A stretch of DNA of 63,687 nucleotides, filler included, from Octopus bimaculoides (GCF_001194135.2; 9 parts of 8 records of this genome joined end to end with filler, not necessarily neighbours in it); one strand, 5' to 3'. Positions 1 through 13,248 are shown, counted from the first letter of the whole stretch. Numbers and translations: made by a program. The notes: a model not told the origin generated them from the sequence alone.

Positions 1-17
1 GCTTCGGTAAGGTAAGT
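1..17 (+). other. Strong 5' splice donor at the window start (exon would end at 11)
   Basis: AAG|gtaagt is a consensus donor. The exon body lies outside the window. Confidence 0.4.
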
Positions 18-901
18 AGGTGGGGTGGGGGCAATATTGAATTTTGCACAACCACAAGATTTTAAGGGGTGCAACTCCGTCCCCTGTTCCCGGGCCCTTG
101 CTGATAGGGCTTTGTGTCAGCAAAAATAATTCAACGTAAATTTGTATACCTTGGGATGAGCCTTGCGTTTTAGGACTAGCTCATTGTCTAAACAAAAACA
201 TGTTTTATTGTGGATTCGTTTTTTTTTTTCACTTGGAGTCAGAGTGTGGCGATAGATCTTCGTCGTATGCTAGTGAAGATTCGGGGTTTTTTTTATCAAT
301 TGAATTACCTGCCCCTGAATTAACCTCTAAGTGACTCAGTGTTCCACAACCATTTATGCCCTTAATGTAGCTCTCAGATAGAATAGGCATGACACACTTT
401 AAGACAAGGCTGTGCCTTTTGAATTTCAGGTACAGGTACAATCCACCCGATGAGTTACCATCACTCCAATTTCACTTGCAAGTTATGGATCGATGTTGGG
501 CTATAAAAGAAATGACGTTTCTCTAAAGCCAGAACCACGCTGTTGCGTTGCAAACATTCTTAGGTATTCAGCCATACTGCTTCTACAGTTAAGTAGTAAT
601 AGGAATATATGAAGACAAAATTATAGTGTGAATGGAGAGTTGTAAGAGCAAATAGCTTGTATTGTAGAGGTCAATAGATTCAAGCGGCAAAATATAGGGG
701 TATGGAAGAATGAATATACTTGAACAAGTTATAAGGATTATAAAGCTAGGTGACAACGTTCGATGTGTTGGGAGTATAGTTAAAATAATTATATAGAGAA
801 ATTAGTAGAAGTCAATGAACAAAGTGCCCTGCATCTGAATTTTGTAAAAACAATTACAATTACTATAATTTACACACACACACGAATATATATAACTATG
901 A

Positions 902-934
<33 letters not shown>

Positions 935-1058
935 TGTANNNNNNNNNNNNNNNNNNNNNNNNNNNNNNNNNNNNNNNNNNNNNNNNNNNNNNNNNNNNNN
1001 NNNNNNNNNNNNNNNNNNNNNNNNNNNNNNNNNNNNNNTATATATATATATATATATA

Positions 1059-2248
1059 CAGGGTGGGCAGCCTTGTTTTTCAGATATCCTTTGCGTAAAT
1101 ACTAAAGTATTGTTTTCTGTTTCAGGGTAGATGTATATAGAGTTAATTTAAGCAGAAGTTCCAGTCATATGATCTAACATGTTCACTTAAGAAGCCAAGA
1201 GACAACGCATTGCAATTTGCTTCGTGTCGGGGTTACAATTAGATGTACTGCGGAGACTGTTGGAGCTTCTGTGAGCATTATCTACAACGTTAAGAACCGA
1301 ATGCTGGATATTGGAGGCATGAAGAGAAAGCGAAGAAGTTGAGACATAAATAAAAAAGGGATAATGCATTTCTTAAATCTCTCAAAGCCAAAATTTCGAA
1401 ATACTCAAGAATATCCATGAAAAAACTGTCCATGGACATGAAAGTTGATCCAAAGACCATCAGAAATGCTGTACACACTGATTTACATTTGGGGTCATAC
1501 GTGAGAACCCCGGGACACTTATTGACTCATGCAATGAAAGCCGAAAGGGCCAAAAATGTGGACAATGGACAAACCGTCGAAATCTTTTCAGATGAAAATA
1601 TCTTTACCATTGATGTTGTTTTAAAACGTCGAAGTAAAGGGCGCCTTTAGGACCAAGCCCCCACCTCAAGTCATGATGCTGGGAGTTGTGTCTGACGGAA
1701 AAAAGATGTTTCTCCATTTTACAAGTCTGGGGAAAAGGTTGGGGCTGACGTTTGTTATAAAGTCCTGCGGTATAAGGTTTTGCCTTGGCTGAAGTTTAAC
1801 TACCCCAACGGTAATTATGTATGGACCCGAGATGGTTCTCTTGCTCATACGGCAAAGAAAGTGCAGAAATTCTGCAAAGACAACTTCACCGACTTTTGGC
1901 CTGCCAATTTCTAGTTTTCTTCCACCCCAGACTTGAACTCCCTGGGTTATGCCGTATGGAAAAAATTGGAGCACTCTACCAACAGAACTTCCCATCTAAG
2001 TCTTGATCATTTTAAGCAAACCCTGGGGGAAGTGTGGGACAACATGTTTGAGTACTTCATCATGAAGTGTTGTGACGCCTTCAGGCGGCGTATGAAAGCT
2101 GTGGTGGACAATGAATATTGAATAAATTGTCTCTTTATACCCCTATAAACTTGTGTTAAAATTATATTTATGTCAGGTTGCTGGTTGTTGTAATATAAAC
2201 AATTTGGTGAATTATCTATTATTTACCAAGTTTTGCTTCCCCATCCTG
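1059..2248 (+). mobile_element. Degenerate Tc1/mariner transposon of the maT (DD37D-like) type
   Basis: Broken ORFs: VEIFSDENIFTID, YVWTRDG, FWPANF*FSSTPDLNSLGYAVWKKLEHSTNRTSH...CCDAFRRRMKAVV. Imperfect ends CAGGGTGGGCAG (left) and CAGGATGGGGAAG (reverse complement of right). Confidence 0.8.
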
Positions 2249-4130
2249 TTTCCAACGACCACATCCACTAACAAGGCTTTGGTCGGCCCGAGGCTACAGT
2301 AGAATACACTTGTCGAAGCTGCTACGCAGTGGAACTGACCACAAAACCATTTGGTTGGGAAGCAAACTTTTTATCACAGTCACCCGCGCACCTATAACAA
2401 TTGTTAGTTTNNNNNNNNNNNNNNNNNNNNNNNNNNNNNNNNNNNNNNNNNNNNNNNNNNNNNNNNNNNNNNNNNNNNNNNNNNNNNNNNNNNNNNNNNN
2501 NNNNNNNNNNNNNNNNNNNNNNNNNNNNNNNNNNNNNNNNNNNNNNNNNNNNNNNNNNNNNNNNNNNNNNNNNNNNNNNNNNNNNNNNNNNNNNNNNNNN
2601 NNNNNNNNNNNNNNNNNNNNNNNNNNNNNNNNNNNNNNNNNNNNNNNNNNNNNNNNNNNNNNNNNNNNNNNNNNNNNNNNNNNNNNNNNNNNNNNNNNNN
2701 NNNNNNNNNNNNNNNNNNNNNNNNNNNNNNNNNNNNNNNNNNNNNNNNNNNNNNNNNNNNNNNNNNNNNNNNNNNNNNNNNNNNNNNNNNNNNNNNNNNN
2801 NNNNNNNNNNNNNNNNNNNNNNNNNNNNNNNNNNNNNNNNNNNNNNNNNNNNNNNNNNNNNNNNNNNNNNNNNNNNNNNNNNNNNNNNNNNNNNNNNNNN
2901 NNNNNNNNNNNNNNNNNNNNNNNNNNNNNNNNNNNNNNNNNNNNNNNNNNNNNNNNNNNNNNNNNNNNNNNNNNNNNNNNNNNNNNNNNNNNNNNNNNNN
3001 NNNNNNNNNNNNNNNNNNNNNNNNNNNNNNNNNNNNNNNNNNNNNNNNNNNNNNNNNNNNNNNNNNNNNNNNNNNNNNNNNNNNNNNNNNNNNNNNNNNN
3101 NNNNNNNNNNNNNNNNNNNNNNNAGGAATCAATGCAATTTCACAATAAGCATATCCCATAAATCATACATTCAAAATAAACATTCAAAATAAATGGAAGT
3201 GGAGAGACAAGTTACTGAAGAGATTGCAAAAGTGCAATGAAACTATTTAACAAAAAACTATATACTGTTTATAAATTAATAAAGGACTGAACCAGTGCGT
3301 GTATTTATTACCGGCATAATGCCTCTCCCAAGGTATAATTATATCCCATAAATATTTAAGAATATTACGGATGGATAAACTAAAATCCCAGACAAACGCG
3401 GCAAGGTGCAAATTATTCAATTATTTTATCTATGGGAGATACACGTGGCTTTAATTCGTTTCCATGTATTTAATTCAGATCATTATCTCAGTATGCGAAC
3501 CTTGTTCGGCAAAAGTAAAAGTGGTGTGTTAAACTCCACGATCTCCTTTTAAATTATAAATAATCTCATTTAATGAACCGATTGAAGTTTGGTGATCTTT
3601 CCTTGTAAGTTCCAGAAAGTAGAACTACTGAACTTTCAGAGATCGATCAAGTAAAATTAATGTAAAATGTTCCACAGGATTCGATTATAAACTCGGCAAT
3701 ACAATAACGAAATTATTGAAACGAAATTAATTTCGAAAGTGTTAATGCATGAAAGAAATGGTTGACCATGTTACACGACAAATGCCCACAAGAACTATAA
3801 GCATCATTAACACCTCATGAGATGACTAAAAGAAATTACATCATATGGGGTATTTGTATTATGGCAATGAACACTGACGATACAATTAATTTTATTGAAT
3901 CGTTAAGGTTAATTCATAGTTGAGTGTTGTGCTGTTTGGGGAATCGCAATGTGTTTAGATGGAAAATCCTGGAAATACTGTTTACGGGGTCATTATCAAA
4001 CCATAAAGTAAGATACTTTCTTCTTTTGGTCTCAAGAGCTTATGATTTGCAGTTGGTTGCAAACAAGATGTTATTATGGAGCAGATCGGTATCAGCACAG
4101 ATGCTTTTAGATTCAAAGAAAAGTCTTTCA

Positions 4131-4250
4131 CTTTGGCGAAGTCTGGCAAGGTCTGGCGAAGTCTGACAATGTCTGGCGAAGTCTGGCGAAGTCTGGCGAA
4201 GTCTGGCGAAGTCTAGCAAGGTCTGGCGACGTCTGGTAAAGTCTGGTTAA
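4131..4250. repeat. 10-bp minisatellite (GTCTGGCGAA) x about 12
   Basis: Units are visible in exact 10-nt register from 4141 to 4250, with a degenerate unit at 4131. Confidence 0.95.
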
Positions 4251-5546
4251 GTCAGAGGTTTAAGTGAAAGATTACGCGAAGTTTCTTAACTCACAAATTG
4301 CATATGAGACTCTGCCGAGTGCGTATTCAATATACAGAATGTTCTCCTGAAGTATTTTCTTTCATCCTTGCTCATGGTATTCAATAATCATGACAAAAAG
4401 ATGAAAGTAAAATGTTGAATAGATTTGTGTATGTGTCAAAATTTATCGACTCAATATATCTGGAAAGCAAAATGTAATCACATACCAGTTATACCCATAG
4501 CTGAAATGGTTTCTCATCCTTGAAAGACATATCTTATCTTTCATTATTTCGGTGATAAACATACATTTAATTACAAAATGTGAGAAAACTGATTCATTTT
4601 TATGTCTGTTGGTGGGCTAGTTGCTTCATATGTCAGTTATTGTTTCATTTACTCTATCGGAAAATTTCATTTTATGGATTAGATATCTAATATTTGCTAC
4701 TAAATTATGTTTGCAATGATTTAGGAAATAATTAAGGTGGTACTCTCTTATAAGCATCTCAATGTGACTCTAACGGTATTAATGTAATTGATGTATTTGA
4801 TTGAAATATAAGGAGGCGTGATGACATACGCTCACGTACACACGCGTGTGTTTGTGTATGTGTGTGTGTGTGTGTGTCAGTGAGGGCTGACACAATTAGT
4901 GTGTTGGTCAAAAATAACATTTCGACCTTTCTAAATTACGTTCCTTTATGCTCCGTCTGTTCTGTATATCTTCTGTCCTTCTGAAATATCGATATCAAAT
5001 ACCAGTACTAAATTACGAACTGGGGTCAGCATAATCAAATAAGAACATTGAAAATAAAGTTGCCCGGCGGTGGAAACCATTAAAAAGATATAAAACAAAT
5101 AAATAATTAAAGTGGTGTCTTAACACTTGCTATATAAAATTGATATGAGAGTCGTTTGCTCAGAAGTTCGGTTTACCTCATATTTACTTGCCTCAAAATA
5201 AGGACCTTGAATATGTTGAAACAAATTTTTTGGAAATGTCAAGCAAAAGTGAGGCTTATAAATCATAAGAAAAAATATCAGCAGCCGACACAGCCCTTCC
5301 GCGTCCCGGTTCGAGCGGGATGCTCTGCAACAGCTCCAGCTTCCGCAGTAAAGGCTCATGAACAGTAAAGGCTCAAGAACAGTAAAGGCTACGAACAGAA
5401 GGGAGGAGAGAGGGAACTCTTGACGGACGGACCGACCGGGAGAGCAGAAACGGTTCCGAAAGGGTGATGATCGACACTTTACATCACCCCGCCCCATGAA
5501 AGAATGAATTACAACCAAAAGTCCTACCATACATATCTACAACATG

Positions 5547-5846
5547 ATGTATGTGTTAACTTGCTCAGGGTGTCGAGATCAATACATTGGTCAAACTAAA
5601 AACGGTCTACGTCAGTAGATGACCGTGCATAGATCTCAGATTAAAATACGGGGATACAGAAAAATAACATTCGACATTTGCGCCACTAATGAACAACCCA
5701 ACTTTAGAATTTTTCCACTCTATAAATTTAGGGACAATGTAACCTATAATCAGCGCATTAGCAAAGAATCATATTTTATCGCAAAATATAAACCTCTTTT
5801 GAATGCTTTCACCTCAGATGTCACTACTACAAGGATCTTAGAATAA
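5547..5846 (+). mobile_element. Penelope-like element GIY-YIG endonuclease remnant (pseudogenised)
   Basis: MYVLTCSGCRDQYIGQTKNGLRQ*MTVHRSQI...KESYFIAKYKPLLN. GIY-YIG motif with one in-frame TAG at 5616-5618. Confidence 0.8.
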
Positions 5847-7555
5847 TACCCACGCAAATATTAAAACCGATAGATGTATTAAGAACAGTCGCTACCCATG
5901 AATTTATTTAGAACAGTTCCTACCACTACTGCTATAACCATAGCAGGTCACTTTTAGGTCACTTGACCATTAAAGTAGATTCCGCAGACAGCCTCTACTA
6001 CTGGATCATACTACCCCCGTCTTCTCCTTCTTCTTCTTTGCCTTCTCCTTCCTCGGCTGCTGCTGCTTAAACCATCAAACTTTAGAACCAAATACTTNNN
6101 NNNNNNNNNNNNNNNNNNNNNNNNNNNNNNNNNNNNNNNNNNNNNNNNNNNNNNNNNNNNNNNNNNNNNNNNNNNNNNNNNNNNNNNNNNNNNNNNNNNN
6201 NNNNNNNNNNNNNNNNNNNNNNNNNNNNNNNNNNNNNNNNNNNNNNNNNNNNNNNNNNNNNNNNNNNNNNNNNNNNNNNNNNNNNNNNNNNNNNNNNNNN
6301 NNNNNNNNNNNNNNNNNNNNNNNNNNNNNNNNNNNNNNNNNNNNNNNNNNNNNNNNNNNNNNNNNNNNNNNNNNNNNNNNNNNNNNNNNNNNNNNNNNNN
6401 NNNNNNNNNNNNNNNNNNNNNNNNNNNNNNNNNNNNNNNNNNNNNNNNNNNNNNNNNNNNNNNNNNNNNNNNNNNNNNNNNNNNNNNNNNNNNNNNNNNN
6501 NNNNNNNNNNNNNNNNNNNNNNNNNNNNNNNNNNNNTATATATGTAAGGAAAATAAGACAAGGTAGAAAATGCTAAAATAATTATATATATGACGAGCTT
6601 CTTTCAGTTTCCGTCTATCAAATCCACTCACAAAATTTTGGTCAGCCGAGGCTATATTTGAAGATACTTGCCCACAGTACCACGCAGTAGGACTGAACCC
6701 GGAACCATGTGGCTAAGAAGCAAGCTTCTTACCACACATCCACGCTTGTTTTTATAGGATTCACACAATAGAGTTCACGTAGAGTGAATATACTTCGAAG
6801 GAATAGCCAAACGAGGGACATGTAAGTGTGTATCATGCATGTATGAGAGAGAGGGTAGAGAAAGGAGAGATAGAGAGGGGATAAGAGAAAGACAGAAATA
6901 ACATAATTAAAGGTGAAACTAAAATATTAGTGACACCTACTTTGCTAGTTTATTGTAAAAGTATACAAGGGACACCAAATGGGAAAGAAATAATAAAATA
7001 TATACATTTTACTGCTGTAAAGAAATCTCTAAGAAAGTGAAGGGAAAGAGAGTGGTAGAGATAGATTAAGATAGAGGGAGGGAGGGGGGAGAGAGAGAGA
7101 AGAAATGGTATTTGCATACAGAAATTATAATGGGATTAAAGTAACAACAATATTCACTTTGCTTCTAAGCTAGATATATGAGGATATATATATATAAGGG
7201 AGGTTGGTGGGTAACCGAAAGGAAAATATAAGTATCTTTATTGTTTAAGAGGAATGTCACTAGATGTGACTTGTGATGATTCACTCTGCAATCAAATATT
7301 GGCTTCGTAAAATACGGATATGCACACAAATCTTGTATGAGGTCACTGGCTTCAGAAGTTATTAATAATCTATGACGCATTTCTGACATGTTGTTTGCAA
7401 TAGCTATTAGACATGAAATGTAATTTCATTATATGATAGGGTTTCACATACGCAATATAATGAGTTGAAAAAACTTCGATTATAACTGCAACAGGTAGTT
7501 AAATGTCTCTAAGAATAAAGCATTTAAACGATGAATCTCAATGGCAGTATATTAT

Positions 7556-7603
<48 letters not shown>

Positions 7604-7687
7604 CACAATACACACATATGTATTATAATATTATAATAATATAATATAATAATATTCACTATTGTAATAGCATATGATATAGACTGG

Positions 7688-8650
7688 TTAAGGCGACGAG
7701 CAGGTAGAATAGTTAGAACGCCGGGTAAAATATCGAGCGGCATTTTGTCCGTCTTTTCGTTCTGAGTTCAAACTCTGCTGAGGTCCACTTTGTCTTTCAC
7801 CTTTCGGGAGTCGACAGAATAAGTACCAGTTGAGCACTGGTGTCGATGTGATTGACTTACCCTTCCCCAAAATTGCTGGCCTTGTGCCAAAATTTGAAAT
7901 CAATGTATACTGGTTTTTTAAAAATACCTTAGATAGAAAATCAGCAGTCACTTCGAAATTTCACGTGTGGTACACTGTGCACCGGTAAGGGCAATGGGAG
8001 GAGTGAGCTTACGTGCAGCACAAACATTTGATCACTACAGGAATGGGAGTTAAAACGTTCCTGGCTTGAAGAGTATCACGAAAGGACTGGTTGGAGGCCC
8101 AACCTTCCGAGTTCTTTTACAGGGCTTAGAAAAACTGAAGGACTACTACAATAACTGTGTGAACCGGAGAAGGAAATTATAAATGATCCTCCTGTATTTT
8201 CTTTTACCCAAATATAGGAACTTTTCAGCAACTCTTCGTAGAAGTAAGTTGATTACATCGACCCCTGCGCCTCATCTGGTACTCATTTTATCGACACCAA
8301 AAGGATGAAAGGCAAAGTCGACTACAGCGGAGTTTGAACTCAGAACGTAAAGACGGATGAAATGCCATAGAGCATGCTGACGGTTCTGCCAGCTGGCCGC
8401 CTTAAATGCGTAGTATTATTAACAATTGTTAAGGCAGCGAGCTGGCAAAATCGTTAGCTCGCAGGACGAAATGCTTAGTGTTATTTCGCCCATCGCTGCG
8501 TTATAAGTTTAAATTCCGCCGAGGTCGACTTTGACTTTGCCTTTCATCCTTTCGGGGTCGATAAAATAAGTACTAGTTGAACATGATGGTCGATGTAATC
8601 GACTTATCCTCTCCCCCAAAATTGCTGCTCTTGTGGCAAAATTTGAAACC
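7688..8650. mobile_element. SINE family A cluster (+ 7688-7900, - 8243-8404, + 8432-8650)
   Basis: Each copy has the GCAGAATCGTTAG head and the TTTGCCTTTCATCCTTTCGGGGTCGATAAA core. Confidence 0.85.
8035..8240 (+). mobile_element. Non-autonomous mariner MITE
   Basis: Left end AAAACGTTCCTGGCTT and right end GGAACTTTTCAGCAACTCTTCGTA, with an internal remnant GLxKL...NNCVN. A related copy lies at 52790-53062. Confidence 0.6.
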
Positions 8651-9226
8651 ACTTTTAACAATTATTTGGTGAGCTTCCAATCTGAAAATTAATATTTATT
8701 CTTAACTTAAACACAGCGGTACGCATTTGCTTCTATCTAGAAATCGAAGGGAATGACTACTATTCTCTTCAAACTTTGCTTTTGTGACCTGGACAATGTT
8801 TTGAAACTGACCTATTTACCATTACATTTCGGACAGATTCAGCGTTAAATTGCTAAAACAGAAATATCATTATAGCAAATATTCTTCTCAATACCACAGA
8901 TTTACTTATTTGTCAGTTTGCTTGACCTTAACCACTTGAGCATGTCGCTAAGTGGCTGACAGTATGAGCATCTCTAATCATGAGCAGGAGTTGTGGGGGA
9001 GCATCATAGCCATGTGCTGAGAGAGATTCTTTGGGACTTGAAGAAATGTAACAAAAGTAAAGTTTGAAGGAAATATTAGCCATTTTCCATACTTCCTAGG
9101 AGTAAGCAAATAGGAAATAACATTTGCTATCCAAGGATAAAATCGTGTTACACGGTCTAATTTAAGCGAAATTTCCTTTATCCGAAGAGATCAGATCACA
9201 TAGCATTATGTGTTACTTTAAAGCAG

Positions 9227-9302
9227 GGGATGGAGTGAAAGCACAAGCCCAGATTGTACATACACATCTGCCCAGAACCTAGTCCAGTTGTATTCGAAAA
9301 AG
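9227..9302 (+). CDS. Candidate orphan exon, possibly ANF-receptor-like
   Basis: Acceptor ttactttaaagcag| and strong donor AAG|gtaagc. One open frame, GWSESTSPDCTYTSAQNLVQLYSKK. No partner exon identified. Confidence 0.4.
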
Positions 9303-10589
9303 GTAAGCACAAGGTTTATATATAGCTATGAAAACCTACTGCTTCTTTACCTCCTGCAACTAACGCAAGTTTATCCTTCCGTATAAACCGCGGTTGTGTG
9401 TGTGTGTGTGTGTGTGTGTAAATAAGTCATTTATCTTACGACCATGGACTAAATACTTTTAATCATCTTTACCACTCCCCTACCACCACTTGTCAATTTT
9501 TGTGTTCCTCTGTCGACTTTAACTTCTTTTGTTAATCCTCTCTTTTACTCTCTCTCTATACAATATAACGCGTAACAGGAGGAATCAACCAACAATCAAT
9601 CAACCAGCATTTATATCCGCTATTAAAAGAAATCATCATCATCATCATTATTATTTTTTTTGACTCCTGATACACGAAGCAATCTTAAGGGAATAAGCAA
9701 CCAGTTTTTGTCGTACCATGAATGCAATATATTATTGTCTGCTTCCAATTGTCCCCAACATTACTTTAGTGAGTCAGATGTAGTAATTGTAGAGATTTTC
9801 AAATGAAGCATGGGAGACTGTTTCTTTTTTCTTCTTTTTTTTTTTACTGTCAATTTGCAAAGAGTTTGAAAAAAAAAAGAAAAGAAAAAAAGCACTAGTG
9901 AGTAATGTTTTCATTTCTGTGACAATACGTGACCACACTATAGTTCGATTACAACTAAGCGGACATCAAATAATCTTTGTGATAGAATACCATGTTAAGT
10001 CTAGAAATCTATTGATTTCTCTAGACTAATCATTTGCGTTTGTATTGAAGCTTCTAATTAAGTAGTAGTCTTTCCTTTCCTTTTTCCCCCACTTTCTTTC
10101 TGCATTATATATTCATATAAACGTGCCGTATACAGTTTTTAAAAATGGTTGCTGTTAATATCGACTGATAAAAGTATTCCCCGGTTGATATCTAGCTATC
10201 GATCTGAAAAGGAAATTTACTTAGGATTAGGATTTGCGAAGTATACGAAATTAGATTAATGATAAATGGTGTTCTTTGGAGATTATACTAGTAATGAACT
10301 TGAGGATCCAGATAGATGAGACAATTGTGATGAATGTATTCATAGTAAATAAATCAAAGAAACCGTAGTTAGTTGAATAAATACGATGTCAAGTATACTG
10401 ACTTAAACATCAATGGTTCGTATCCTATCACTGGCTTTGCGATGACGGTGATGCATCCGGCATAGACAATGATGGCATTAAAAAAAACAACAAAAAACAA
10501 ACAAAAGTTCGTGGTACTTTATTTTGTAGACCTCGTCTGGCACACCGTGCACCGGTAAAGGCAATGCTGATTTGATGGAGGGAGGGAGT

Positions 10590-10880
10590 TTATGTGCAGT
10601 ACCAGTTGAACACTGGAGTTGATATAATCGACTGACACCCGCCCCCGAAATTGCTGACCTTGTGCCAAAATTTAAGAATTAAGGTAGTGAACTGGCAGAA
10701 TCGTTAGCACTCCGGATAAAATACTTAGCGGCATTTCGTCCGTCTTTGCGTTCTAAGTTCAAATTCTGCCGAGGTTGACTTTGCCTTTTTATCTTTTAGG
10801 ATCGATAAAATATGTACTAGTTGATGTAATTGACATACCCTCCCCCGAAAGTGCTGGCCTTGTGCCAAAATTTGAAATCC
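10590..10880 (+). mobile_element. SINE family A copies (one partial, one near full length)
   Basis: Same head and core motifs as the 34018 copy. Confidence 0.8.
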
Positions 10881-11607
10881 ATAATTATATGTAGCATGTA
10901 TATGCATACTGCTGCTATTGACGTTCCCAACACTTCCTCTCGGTGTATTAAAATTCCTTGTTAAAATGACTTCTTTTAGATTGTGGATATTATTATTTTG
11001 CGTTGGTATTAGAATAGTATTCTTTGTTTGCTTTTGTGTTTAGATTATATTATCTTATACATTATCGTCTTTCTTTTTGTAGATGTGGTGTGAATTATTC
11101 GTAGCCATATTTTCTAATGTCGGTGACAGGAAGGAAAAAGAGCCAAAAAAATAACCTTGATTTTTTTTCTTTTGTCAGTTTTTGTATGGGGGGACTCCAA
11201 ACTTTTGAATGTTAGCTGTATGCCCGTTTCCTTTCTTTTTTTCTTTTTTTTTTTTTGTTTAATAGAAACTCTATTTCATCTGTTTTAGCTATTACCTTTT
11301 ATTCGTTCTAGCCAAAGGCTGTTTGACATGATCCCTGTGTTTAGATTTAGTGAAAGAGGAATTTGACATCGCTCCCCACTTGATTTGCATTACTTGCCCT
11401 ATGTGTGTTCATCTGGTATTGCAGACATAATTCTGTATGCTTTTAAATACACTCAGCTACGATTTTGATTCTTTAAGGTTTCGGCAAGGTAGTGAAAAGC
11501 CATGGGGGCTTTCAATCCTAACTTCCTATATTAATTGTGTGTATGGGGCTTTCGGTGCTATGCAGAGGCGTTTAGTTTGGAGGCTGGTATGTTTTTCAGT
11601 TCCTGGG

Positions 11608-11667
<60 letters not shown>

Positions 11668-11678
11668 TCTTATATTAA

Positions 11679-11822
11679 GGGCATTACTATACATAAATGC
11701 CTCACGCTATGAGGGACTCTTAAAGTCAAAATTACCATAATATAGTGTACACTGTATTTATTATGGTAAATTTGACTTTAAGAGTACCTCATAGCGTGAG
11801 GCATTTATGTATAGTAATGCCC
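11679..11822. mobile_element. Palindromic MITE, TTAA|GGGCATT...AATGCCC|TTAA
   Basis: Arms 11671-11742 and 11759-11830 are inverted with 2 mismatches. A second family member has the same TIRs at about 12853-13196. Confidence 0.8.
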
Positions 11823-11875
11823 TTAATATAAATAAATATATTTAAAGGGAATAGTTTTAAAAAATGTTCTTCCTT

Positions 11876-11975
11876 NNNNNNNNNNNNNNNNNNNNNNNNN
11901 NNNNNNNNNNNNNNNNNNNTTAATTAATTAANNNNNNNNNNNNNNNNNNNNNNNNNNNNNNNNNNNNNNNNNNNN
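11876..11975. other. Artificial 100-nt scaffold linker; identical linkers at 22698-22797, 47359-47458, 50215-50314, 52642-52741, 56012-56111, 60242-60341 and 62419-62518
   Basis: Each is exactly 44 N + TTAATTAATTAA + 44 N. The 12-mer places stop codons in all six frames. Confidence 0.95.
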
Positions 11976-12313
11976 TATATGTGTGTATGTGTGTGTGTGT
12001 GTGATAGTATATCTGTATGGGGTTCTGATGATTATGGCTGCATTACAAATCAGGCTGAAGAGAAATAGACAGTCGGTAAGATTGTTAAATTTTGAAACCG
12101 GTCCCTGTTTAATAATAATTTTTTCGGTGATTTTAAATGTCTTGCCCGCTTACGTTTTGGTATCACGCTATATTTCATGTTGAGAACAATTTAGGTCTTA
12201 TTAGACACAAGATGTGATCTATTTCTAGCACATTGAATGTCCACGTTAGTGGTGAACGTCATATATAAAAATATATTTATATATGTAGATATGTATGTAT
12301 GTATGTATGTATG

Positions 12314-12356
<43 letters not shown>

Positions 12357-12710
12357 TTATATACATACATATATCAACACATGCACACACATATTCACAC
12401 ATAAAAAATTATATTATATATAGATACATACATACCTATATACATGCATACAAACACATATATATGTATAAACACACACACACACATATATTATCTTTTA
12501 TCTTTTACTTGTTTCTGTCATTAGAGTGAGACCATGCTAGTGCACCCCTTGAAGAATTTTAGTTGAACGAATATACTCCAGTACTTCTTTTTAAGCCTGG
12601 TAATTATTCTATTGGTCTTTTTTGCTGAACTTTCAAGTTATGTGGGCGTAAACACACCAACACCATTTGTCAAGCGATGGTGTGGAGACAAACAGACAGA
12701 AAGACACACA

Positions 12711-12747
<37 letters not shown>

Positions 12748-12852
12748 CAAGTATAGGATAAAATCTTTATAAGAATTTATCGAGTAGTTAGCGTGAAAAA
12801 ACCTCATAAGGGAAAGTTCCATCATTTATTCCCTATAAATATATTTATTTAT

Positions 12853-13196
12853 ATAAGAGCATTACTATACATAGATGCCTCATGCTAAGAGGGATNNNNN
12901 NNNNNNNNNNNNNNNNNNNNNNNNNNNNNNNNNNNNNNNNNNNNNNNNNNNNNNNNNNNNNNNNNNNNNNNNNNNNNNNNNNNNNNNNNNNNNNNNNNNN
13001 NNNNNNNNNNNNNNNNNNNNNNNNNNNNNNNNNNNNNNNNNNNNNNNNNNNNNNNNNNNNNNNNNNNNNNNNNNNNNNNNNNNNNNNNNNNNNNNNNTTG
13101 CATTCCCTCGCGTTCGGTAAAAATGTGTTTATTATGGTAGTTTGACTTTAGAGTCCCTCTTAGCGTGAGGCATTTATGTATAGTAATGCCCTTATA
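12853..13196. mobile_element. Second copy of the GGGCATTACTATAC MITE family, with an internal gap
   Basis: Left end TAAGAGCATTACTATACATAGATGCCTCATGCTAAGAGGGA and right end TCCCTCTTAGCGTGAGGCATTTATGTATAGTAATGCCCTTA. Confidence 0.75.
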
Positions 13197-13199
13197 TAA

Positions 13200-13248
<49 letters not shown>

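Noticed and set aside
239-334. Possible terminal exon SECGDRSSSYASEDSGFFLSIELPAPELTSK* with a DSG-like motif; the antisense 229-441 ORF is also open
   Set aside because: It needs a rare GAG acceptor, both strands are equally plausible, and no homology was recognised.
2310-3192. Long ORFs of 150-350 aa here and at 6011, 18386, 35406, 42588, 57495 and 60910
   Set aside because: They are open only because they run through N gaps or microsatellites.
4131-4250. CRISPR-like interpretation of regular repeats
   Set aside because: Units are contiguous with no unique spacers, the context is eukaryotic, and there are no cas genes.
5346-5395. Three 16-17 bp tandem units CAGTAAAGGCT
   Set aside because: A short local duplication inside the Penelope-associated region with no further structure.
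11920-11931. TTAATTAATTAA palindrome recurring eight times
   Set aside because: Always centred in exactly 44+44 N. It is an assembly linker, not a biological motif.
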